Positions 1 to 6,991 of a stretch of 64,000 bases of DNA are shown piece after piece. Both the position numbers and the translations under genes were made by a program. Every line of letters begins with the position of its first letter. Position 1 is the first letter of the stretch. The stretch comes from Gemmatimonadota bacterium (GTDB lineage: Bacteria > Gemmatimonadota > Gemmatimonadetes > Longimicrobiales > Gaopeijiaceae): assembly GCA_046756305.1 (NCBI GenBank), contig JBHHWB010000005.1, positions 9,088 through 73,087 of the forward strand, given 5' to 3'. Under the pieces are notes generated by a model. That model ran no database searches and had not been told where the DNA came from. It saw nothing but the letters and a program-made list of their open reading frames with translations.

Positions 1-464
1 GCGGCCTGGAGGGTGTCTCGTGCTCCACTGCGGCCCACCGTGGCCGCTAGAGCATCCCTCTTGGCCCGGGCCTCCTCGAGCCTGGCGAGCATCTCCTCCA
101 CCTCGCCCTGACGCAACACCAGCTCCTCGCGCAGGGCAGTGATCTTCCGCTCCAGAATCACCACCCGGCGATGGTGTTTTTCGGCAAAGCGGGCGGCTAC
201 CGCGGCGGTTTCCTCATCACCGATGGAGGACGCCATCTCGCCCCTGCGCACGGCGGTGCGGGCGTTGGCCCGCTCCACGGCCACTTCCTTCTCCGCCCGG
301 GCGATCTCCGACTCGAGCTCCTTGACCCGCACCCTGGCCTGGACCACCTCGTCGCGCATGCCCGAGAGAAGGCGGTCCACCGACGCCGGTACCTCGTCCC
401 GGTTGAGTTCTTCCTTGAAGTTCTCGATGGCTTCGCGGAAGGCGTTGCGGAGATTCTCGAACAT
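1..464 (-). CDS. PspA/IM30-like coiled-coil protein (3' end outside window)
   Basis: Absent from the ORF track because no stop lies inside the window. My translation of the minus strand from ATG at 464-462 reads MFENLRNAFREAIENFKEELNRDEVPASVDRLLSGMRDEVVQARVRVKELESEIARAEKEVAVERANARTAV... and stays open to position 1. It is heptad-rich and Cys-free, and the N-terminus resembles the PspA/IM30 amphipathic start. It lies 78 nt downstream of the ECF sigma gene on the same strand. Confidence 0.5.
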   Translation of the reverse strand, partial: MFENLRNAFREAIENFKEELNRDEVPASVDRLLSGMRDEVVQARVRVKELESEIARAEKEVAVERANARTAVRRGEMASSIGDEETAAVAARFAEKHHRRVVILERKITALREELVLRQGEVEEMLARLEEARAKRDALAATVGRSGARDTLQA

Positions 465-542
465 GGACTTTCCGCCGCTGAAGGGGCCGGCCGGCCCCCC
501 CGGGGCCGTGGGTTGCCGTTCCCCGTGGGTTGCCGTCAGCCG

Positions 543-1172
543 TTAGTTGAGGAAGGGTTCGATCCGCTGCGCAAAGGAGTTACGGGCCCGGTGGAGTCGT
601 GACTTCACCGTTCCCAGATTGACGCCGGTAATCTCCGCGATCTCCTCATAGCTCTTGCCCTCCAACTCCCGCAGGCGGAAGACGAGCTGATGATGTTCCG
701 GGAGCTCCTTCACCGTCTCCTCCACCAGACGGCGCAGGAAGCGCTTCCGGTAGAGGTCGTCAGGGCGCATGGCCGAATCCTCGAACTGAAGGGGCCGGTG
801 GTCGTCCTCCCAGCCGTTGGTGAGACGCTGGAAGAGGACCAACGGGCTCCGGGACCGGTTGCGCAGCTCGTTCTTGGAGAGGTTGCTGGCGATGGTATAG
901 ATCCAGGTGGAGAACTTCTTGCTGGTGTCGAAGCGGTGCAGGTGCCGCGTGACGCGGATGAACGCCTCCTGGACCAGGTCCTGGGCCCGATCCGCGTCTC
1001 CCGTCTTGCGTGTGATGAAGTGGATCAGGCGGTCGCGATACCGATCGTACAGCTCCTGGAAGGCCCCGGGCCGGCCTTCCAGATGGGCCGTGACCAGCTC
1101 CTCGTCCGTCAGATCGGCAAGGGGCTGCGCCTCGAGGAGCTTCACCGCCCTATCAGGATTCGTATGAACCAT
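543..1172 (-). CDS. ECF-type RNA polymerase sigma-70 family factor
   Basis: 209 aa. Region 2 is LVQEAFIRVTRHLHRFDTSKKFSTWIYTIASNLSKNELRNRSR. The region 4 HTH is ELPEHHQLVFRLRELEGKSYEEIAEITGVNLGTVKSRLHRARNSF. ATG at 1172-1170. Confidence 0.9.
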   Translation of the reverse strand: MVHTNPDRAVKLLEAQPLADLTDEELVTAHLEGRPGAFQELYDRYRDRLIHFITRKTGDADRAQDLVQEAFIRVTRHLHRFDTSKKFSTWIYTIASNLSKNELRNRSRSPLVLFQRLTNGWEDDHRPLQFEDSAMRPDDLYRKRFLRRLVEETVKELPEHHQLVFRLRELEGKSYEEIAEITGVNLGTVKSRLHRARNSFAQRIEPFLN

Positions 1173-1381
1173 GTCTTCTCTTGAGTCTCAAACCCCGTGC
1201 GTTTCGACAAGAAAGGGCCGCCCAGCGCGTGGGGGACCCCTGCCGCAGAACCTAAAATACGTTATCCGGAACCGTTCTCGATTCGAGTTTAAAATATATC
1301 GATCACGTGTCCCGGTTCAAGGCCCGGCCCGTGCCTGGATCGTCCATTCGAGGGCCCTCGCGAGCCTGATTTTCAAGCTAG

Positions 1382-1402
1382 GGCGCCCGGGTCGGGGGCG
1401 CC
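1382..1402 (-). terminator. GC-rich hairpin about 33 nt downstream of the E1-alpha stop (weak terminator candidate)
   Basis: Inverted repeat ggcgccc (1382-1388) / gggcgcc (1396-1402) with a 7-nt loop. No clear U-tract follows. Confidence 0.3.
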
Positions 1403-1434
1403 AGGAGGGCCTCGCCCGCGCCCGCGTCGGGGGT

Positions 1435-2604
1435 CTATACGGGCCTTCGCTCCAGCCCTGTCAGGACCCCTCCCTCGGAGACTCCGGGATAGAGGGCGGC
1501 CTCGGGGTCGGGCTCGTGGTTCCGTGACGCCAGGGCCTCCTCGGCGGCACCTTCCATTTCCTGCAGCACCTCCTCCTCGACGGCCCGGAGCTCCCCGGCG
1601 GTCACCGGCCCCCCTGGGACCCTCAGACCCTCCGAATCCCGAGTATCCGTCGCCTCGGGATCCTCCATAAGGAAAGCCTCGAAGACGCCGATGGGATCCC
1701 GTCTTCCCCAGTAGGCGAAGACTTCCTCGGGGAAGAGCTCCCGCGCCTCCCGTTCGTCGTGGGTGGCGTGACCTCCCATACGGAAGGTTTCGGCTACAAC
1801 CATGGCGGGCCCGCCGCCCTCCCGGCAGCGCCTCACCGCCAGGGTGGTGGCGGCCAGCACGTCCAGGACGTTGTTGCCGTCGCAGACATAGTCGGGCATG
1901 CCGTAGCTCTCTCCCAGGCGCCGCAGGTCCGCGGCGGTATGCTGGGTAGTGGCGGTCCCCAGGGCCACCTGGTTGTTCTGGAGCACGAAAACGGCGGGGA
2001 GTTTCTGTGCCGCCGCCAGGTTGAGGCCTTCGTGGCTCTCCCCCGTGCGTGAAGCCCCGTCCCCCACCCAGGTGAGGGCGACGCGGGCTTCCCCGCGCAT
2101 GCGAAAGGCCAGGGCCGCGCCAGCGATGACGGTGACGTTGGTTCCCATATGGCTGATGGGCTGAATGATGCCCAGGGGCAGGGAGCCGATATGGAGATCC
2201 CGGCCGCCGGAGGGTGAGTCGGGCGTGGCCAGGTATCCCCGGAACATATCGGCCAGGGGCATCCCCATCATGTGAAGGGCGCCAGCGTTGCGGATCATGG
2301 GACTCACCACGTCCCGGCCGGGCTCCAGGGCCGCCACGGCCCCCACCGTTGCCGCTTCCTCGCCCGTTCCCAGCCACGCCTTGGAGATGACCCCCGTGCG
2401 CACCCAGCGTTTGAGGGCGATATCGTGCAGGCGCGTGCGCAGAAGATCCCGGTAGAGGCGGAGGAGGCGCTCACGGTCCAGCTCTCGCACGACGGCGGCG
2501 CGGTCCGGGTCGCGGACGATGCGGGCGGCGTACTCGGAGAGGATCCGGGGATCGGGAGCCCAGTCCAGATATTCCGGCGGGTCGAATGCGGGGTAGCGTT
2601 TCAT
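1435..2604 (-). CDS. TPP-dependent 2-oxoacid dehydrogenase E1 component, alpha subunit (PDH / BCKDH / acetoin type)
   Basis: Track ORF 1435..2727 trimmed to ATG at 2604 (MKRYPAFDPPEYL...). E1-alpha motifs seen: GTGEEAATVGAVAAL, TWVGDGASRTGESHEGLNLAAAQKLPAVFVLQNNQVALGT, RMGGHATHD. Confidence 0.8.
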   Translation of the reverse strand: MKRYPAFDPPEYLDWAPDPRILSEYAARIVRDPDRAAVVRELDRERLLRLYRDLLRTRLHDIALKRWVRTGVISKAWLGTGEEAATVGAVAALEPGRDVVSPMIRNAGALHMMGMPLADMFRGYLATPDSPSGGRDLHIGSLPLGIIQPISHMGTNVTVIAGAALAFRMRGEARVALTWVGDGASRTGESHEGLNLAAAQKLPAVFVLQNNQVALGTATTQHTAADLRRLGESYGMPDYVCDGNNVLDVLAATTLAVRRCREGGGPAMVVAETFRMGGHATHDEREARELFPEEVFAYWGRRDPIGVFEAFLMEDPEATDTRDSEGLRVPGGPVTAGELRAVEEEVLQEMEGAAEEALASRNHEPDPEAALYPGVSEGGVLTGLERRPV

Positions 2605-2829
2605 ACCGCCGAAGGTAGGGTACGGACGCCCGCAGGCCAACGGCTGGAGGGAGGGAGAGCGGGGGAGGCGGAGGGTCTCAGTGGCGCAGACTACCAGCCC
2701 CCCCAGGGTGGGCCACGAGAACCGCATCCTCCGCGCTCGCCCCGCTCTACACTTCCTATATACATGCGCCCGGAAAGGCTGTCACTCTCATATTGGTACG
2801 TTTCCGAAATCCGTTGCCTGCCTCCCGAA

Positions 2830-3594
2830 ATGCCACGAGATTATGCTCGCACCCGCCCTGCCGCCCCTGCCGTGATCTCCGTGAGTCAATCCTTCACGCC
2901 GCCGTCCTCCGTTTCCCTGGCCCGTCCTCGCGTGCGGGCCATCGTGGCGCTTCGTCTTCTCGAGGTGCTGCGGGAGCAGGACCGCCCCGGTGAAATCATG
3001 GAGGAAGAGGACCCTACCGTGACGCTGCCGCGGCGTTTCGGACTCAGCGACGTGGTGGAGCGCCAGATCCGCACCCATCGGGAGGATGTGCGGCGGGGTG
3101 TGCGCCTCTCCGACGCGGAAATCAGGGATCTCTTCCGCCTGGTCATCCGCCGGCCCGACGCCGAGGAGGTCTTCCACCGGGTTGGGAGGGTCCTGGCGGG
3201 AGAGGGCCGGGTGGCAGGCCCCTGGTTTCGGCGGCTGCCGCGCCTCCTGGCCTACGCGGTTGCGCGCTCCCGGACGCGGAAGAAGCTCCGGCGTCTCTTC
3301 GGCCGCAATGTAGGCGCCTTCGGGCGCGGGTTCTTCACCCTGGAAGGAAGGGGTCTTCCCTTCATCGAAGCGGACCCGGGCGGGGATGCGTGCGCCTTCC
3401 TCACGGGCTTTTGCCACGCCGTTCTGGCGGGGGGCGGTGGGGAGGGCGCCCGGGTGCGTCACACCCTGTGTCAGTCCCGGGGGGACGAGATATGCCGGTG
3501 GGAGGGGGAGATGGTAGAGGGCGTCGAGTTGGCGCTCCGCGAAGAAGAGGATTCGCAGGAGACGGCAGACATGGAGGTAGAACGCGATGGTTGA
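2830..3594 (+). CDS. Hypothetical protein with V4R-like C-terminal domain
   Basis: Track ORF 2272..3594 trimmed to ATG at 2830, because the upstream part is antisense to the E1-alpha gene. The C-terminus ACAFLTGFCHAVLAGG...VRHTLCQSRGDEICRWEGEM resembles the V4R (4-vinyl reductase-type) small-molecule-binding signature C-x2-G-D-x2-C-x-(F/W). The start is uncertain. Confidence 0.45.
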   Translation: MPRDYARTRPAAPAVISVSQSFTPPSSVSLARPRVRAIVALRLLEVLREQDRPGEIMEEEDPTVTLPRRFGLSDVVERQIRTHREDVRRGVRLSDAEIRDLFRLVIRRPDAEEVFHRVGRVLAGEGRVAGPWFRRLPRLLAYAVARSRTRKKLRRLFGRNVGAFGRGFFTLEGRGLPFIEADPGGDACAFLTGFCHAVLAGGGGEGARVRHTLCQSRGDEICRWEGEMVEGVELALREEEDSQETADMEVERDG

Positions 3595-4045
3595 GAAGGG
3601 ATCCCCGGCGCCGGACTTCACCCTTCCGTCGGACACGGAGGGCGACGTGACCCTTTCCGACTTCCGGGGAAAGAAGGTGGTGCTGTACTTCTATCCCAAG
3701 GACGATACGCCGGGGTGCACCACCCAGGCGTGCGACCTGCGGGACCACCTGTCCCGGCTGCAGGAGCTGGACGCCGTGGTGCTCGGGGTCTCTCCCGACA
3801 CGGCGGAGTCGCATGCGAAGTTCCGGACCAAATACGGGTTGAGCTTCCCCCTCCTTTCCGACGTGGATCACCGGGTGGCCGAGATGTACGGCGTCTGGAA
3901 GGAGAAGAGCATGTACGGGCGCAAATACATGGGGATCGAGCGTAGCACCTTCCTCATCGACGAAGAGGGGGTCGTTCAGGAGGTATGGCGCAAGGTGAAA
4001 CCCAAGGAGCACGTGGACCTGGTGACGAAGGCGCTGGAGGGGTAG
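3587..4045 (+). CDS. bcp: Thiol peroxidase / peroxiredoxin Bcp
   Basis: 152 aa. GSPAPDFTLPSDTEGDVTLSDFRGKKVVLYFYPKDDTPGCTTQACDLRD is the canonical Bcp active-site region. Its ATG overlaps the stop of the upstream ORF by 8 nt. Confidence 0.92.
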   Translation: MVEKGSPAPDFTLPSDTEGDVTLSDFRGKKVVLYFYPKDDTPGCTTQACDLRDHLSRLQELDAVVLGVSPDTAESHAKFRTKYGLSFPLLSDVDHRVAEMYGVWKEKSMYGRKYMGIERSTFLIDEEGVVQEVWRKVKPKEHVDLVTKALEG

Positions 4046-4066
4046 GGGGGAAGAGCCGGGGCGCTC

Positions 4067-4582
4067 TCAGGGGGTCGGCGGAGCGGCATCCCGTTCACGT
4101 CGGCGCGCCTTCCGGCCGCCATCCGTATAGAGCGCCCGGTGCACCTTGAAGGCGCAGAGGTCCTGGACGGCCAGGCGCCCCTCCTCACGGGCCTGCGCGA
4201 CCTCTGCGTCGGCGCGGATTCCTTGCTGGAGCCAGATGGCCGGGGCGTCGGGGCGTCCCAGGGCCTGCTTCACGAAGGACCCGGCCTCGGCGGATGGGCG
4301 AAAGATGATGACCATGTCCACCGGCGGTTCCACCTCGTCCAGGGAGGCCACCGCCGGCTTTCCGAAGGCCCGCTCCAGGCTGGGGTTTACCCCTACCACC
4401 TCGTAGCCCTTGGCGGCCAGATATGCGGGCACGCGCCGGGCGCTGTTCGCCGGATCCCGGGAGAGCCCCACCACGGCGATGCGCTTCATGGTCTCGAAGA
4501 GGCGGCGGATCTCCTCGGCGGGAGGGTTGTCGGGGTCTGTGCTTTCGGCCAGGAGGTGGCGAAGGGCGTCGAGGTCGTCCAT
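4067..4582 (-). CDS. CoA-binding domain protein (YccU/YneT-like)
   Basis: Track ORF 4067..5188 trimmed to ATG at 4582 (MDDLDALRHLL...). IAVVGLSRDPANSARRVPAYLAAKGYEVVGVNP and WLQQGI are typical of the CoA_binding_2 fold. Confidence 0.75.
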   Translation of the reverse strand: MDDLDALRHLLAESTDPDNPPAEEIRRLFETMKRIAVVGLSRDPANSARRVPAYLAAKGYEVVGVNPSLERAFGKPAVASLDEVEPPVDMVIIFRPSAEAGSFVKQALGRPDAPAIWLQQGIRADAEVAQAREEGRLAVQDLCAFKVHRALYTDGGRKARRRERDAAPPTP

Positions 4583-4877
4583 GGAGGATCTCCCTGGGTT
4601 CCGGAAGAGGGCCTTCCGCCCCTCCCGGGAAGGAAACGAAGCCGGCGATGCCTCCAGATAATGGGGGCGGAGGCGAGGGGCAAGCGACGCCTTCATGGGC
4701 CGCCACCCGCCATGTTCGGTTGTCTCCGGCCGCCGCCGCCGGGTCCCCGCTCCGTGGGCTGTCGGTTGCCGCCGCAGGGGCGGAATGCGAAGATCCCACG
4801 TCTTCCGGCGGCGGCGGCTCTCCCATCCGTTGAGCTCCGGAGCCGTGGGACCGATCCACGAGAGGAACGAGGAACGC

Positions 4878-5630
4878 ATGGAAATCATCATCGGCGGGGT
4901 GGCGGCGCTGGTCGGGTTGGCGGTGGGAATCGTCGTGGGCCGGGCCGTGGGATCGAAGCGGGCTCGCGAAGAGGGCGTGCGGGAGGGGATGGCGGCGGCC
5001 ACGGCGGAGGTGCGCGAGGAGGAGTTCCAGCGGGCGTTGCGCCAGGCGCTGGAACGTGTAGGGGCGTTCATGCGCAGCGCCGTGCGAGCGCCTCTGGAGG
5101 GCGCCGTGCCTTCGGCGAGCGCCGCCGAGCTGCATGAGCGCATCCAGCGGGCCCTGGGGGGACTGGAAGACATGGAGTTCTTCCTCACCGAGCCGGTGGG
5201 CGAGGCACGGCGTCAGAACGTGGCCGGGTTGGTGCAGCGTGTGACGCGGGAGTTCGCCCTTGACCAGGACGTGACGGTACGCCTCCTCATGGAGGGTCCG
5301 GTGCAGGCTTCGGTATCGGAGCAGTCCTTTCTCGACGCCCTCTATCTGCTTTTGCACAACGCCGGCCGCTTCGGGGGCGGGGCCACGGTGGAGGTGGCAG
5401 TGGAGGAGCGCGACGGCGGCGCCTGCATCCGCATCCGTGACCGGGGCCCGGGATTCAGCCCCGAGGCCGTGCGGCGAGCCTTCGATCCCTTCTACTCCAC
5501 CACGGAAGACGGTCTTGGCCTCGGCCTCCCCCACGCCCGGCGCCTCATCGAGTCCATGGGGGGGCGCATCGAGCTGCGCAACGCCCCCGACGGCGGCGGC
5601 GAGGTGGAGGTGATCCTGCCTCAGCGGTAG
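4878..5630 (+). CDS. Membrane-anchored histidine-kinase-like ATPase (single TM, HATPase_c core, atypical H-box)
   Basis: Trimmed to ATG at 4878 (MEIIIGGVAALVGLAVGIVVGRAV is a TM helix). N-box LLHNAGRF, G1 DRGPGF and G2 GLGLGL are present. No sensor domain and no adjacent response regulator. Confidence 0.65.
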   Translation: MEIIIGGVAALVGLAVGIVVGRAVGSKRAREEGVREGMAAATAEVREEEFQRALRQALERVGAFMRSAVRAPLEGAVPSASAAELHERIQRALGGLEDMEFFLTEPVGEARRQNVAGLVQRVTREFALDQDVTVRLLMEGPVQASVSEQSFLDALYLLLHNAGRFGGGATVEVAVEERDGGACIRIRDRGPGFSPEAVRRAFDPFYSTTEDGLGLGLPHARRLIESMGGRIELRNAPDGGGEVEVILPQR

Positions 5631-6064
5631 CCGTAGATGCGGTAGAGGAGGAGATACACCAGGAGCCCGGTCACCGAGACGTAGGCCCAGATGGGAAAGG
5701 TCCACCGCGCAAGGCGCGCGTGCTTGTGGAAGCGGCGGGTGCGGATGAGCCAGAGGAGCCGCAGCACGAGAGGGACCACCAGGACCGCCAGCACCATGTG
5801 GGAGAAGAGCACGGTCAGGTAGACGATGCGGGCCGTTCCTTCGCCGGCGAACTCGTGCGTACCCGTGAAGGCCACGCGCGTCAGGTAGAAGACCAGAAAG
5901 AGGGCCGACGCGGCCAGGGCGGTGAGCATGGCCGTACGGTGTCGGCGAATATCGCGCCTGCGAATGAAGAGCCAGCCCGTGAAGAGCGCCACGGCGCTGG
6001 TGGCGTTGAGAAGCGCGTTGACCAGCGCCAGAGTGTCTCCGACGGCGGTAGGGTCCAGGGTCAT
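5621..6064 (-). CDS. DUF420 membrane protein (CtaM/YozB-like, cytochrome oxidase associated)
   Basis: 147 aa with 4 predicted TM segments. LVNALLNATSAVALFTGWLFIRRRDIRRHRTAMLTA and the HKHARLARWTFPIWAYVSVTG pattern are typical of DUF420. It sits directly downstream of ctaA. Confidence 0.75.
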   Translation of the reverse strand: MTLDPTAVGDTLALVNALLNATSAVALFTGWLFIRRRDIRRHRTAMLTALAASALFLVFYLTRVAFTGTHEFAGEGTARIVYLTVLFSHMVLAVLVVPLVLRLLWLIRTRRFHKHARLARWTFPIWAYVSVTGLLVYLLLYRIYGYR

Positions 6065-6074
6065 GCGCGAAGCT

Positions 6075-6983
6075 TCAGGCGCCGGCGGGCGTGGGGGAGC
6101 CGTCGCGCGTCGCCGTGGCCAGGTGCGTCAGCATCGCCAGGAGGCCGGCGGCAAAGAGGGTGTGCAGCGACACCGGGACCACGGCCAGGCGGGTGAGGAC
6201 TGAGAGGAAGCCCAGCGTCACCTGCACCAGGATGAGGAGCGCGGCCCATGACGCCAGCACCCTCACCTGCCGGGGCGCCCGGGTGCGTGTAGCCTGGAAC
6301 GCGAAGGCGATGACGACGAGAGCCGCGAGGATCCCTACCGCCCTGTGGGCGAAATGGATGGCGATGTGCGGGTCGCCGAGAGGAGGAATGACGCGTCCCA
6401 GGCAGAGGGGGGCGTCGGGGCACATGAGCCCCGAATCGGTGTGACGTACCAGGGCGCCCAGAACGGACTGGACGAAGACGAAGATTCCCCCGGCCACGGC
6501 CCAGCGGCGGGACGATGGGTCGGGCGTGGGTGTGCGGGCCCAGCCGGTGGCGGAGGCCAGAACCGTGGCCAGCACCAGAAAGGTGAGAGCCAGCGCCAGG
6601 TGGGTGGTGGACACCCACGCGGGGAGTTTCAGGAGAACGGTGATGCCCCCGAACAGGGACTGGATGAGGAGGAGGACGACCCCGGCGAGGGCGCCCTTGA
6701 AGACCGGGGAATCTTTGCTCGTCTCCCGGTAGGCGAACCATGTAGCCAGGATCCACATGAGGAGGAGTCCCCCGGCGACGAGCCGGTGGAGGTGCTCCCA
6801 GAAGACTCCGCCCGACATTTCGGGTACCATGGTCCCGTAGCACGTGGGCCAGTCGGGGCAGGCCAGACTCGATCCGGTGGCGTGGACCACGCTCCCCAGG
6901 AAGAGAAGGAACAGAGTCCAGACGACGCTCACCGCGAAGGCGCGAGGGTGATTCCGGGACGACGTGGAAGCGGTCTCGTTCAT
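6075..6983 (-). CDS. ctaA: Heme A synthase (COX15/CtaA)
   Basis: Track ORF 6075..7466 trimmed to ATG at 6983 (MNETASTSS...). GSSLACPDWPTCYG, HLHRLVAGG, MCPDAPLC and FAHRAVG are the conserved Cys pairs and heme-ligand His of CtaA. Confidence 0.88.
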   Translation of the reverse strand: MNETASTSSRNHPRAFAVSVVWTLFLLFLGSVVHATGSSLACPDWPTCYGTMVPEMSGGVFWEHLHRLVAGGLLLMWILATWFAYRETSKDSPVFKGALAGVVLLLIQSLFGGITVLLKLPAWVSTTHLALALTFLVLATVLASATGWARTPTPDPSSRRWAVAGGIFVFVQSVLGALVRHTDSGLMCPDAPLCLGRVIPPLGDPHIAIHFAHRAVGILAALVVIAFAFQATRTRAPRQVRVLASWAALLILVQVTLGFLSVLTRLAVVPVSLHTLFAAGLLAMLTHLATATRDGSPTPAGA

Positions 6984-6991
6984 GGCTGCGT

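Noticed and set aside
1373-2377. 334-aa Arg/Gly/Pro-rich minus-strand ORF, and similar ORFs such as 4185-5705 and 26002-27171
   Set aside because: These are alternative frames of real genes (E1-alpha; the CoA-binding/HK region; Qor). Extreme R/G/P composition is characteristic of off-frame translation of GC-rich coding DNA.
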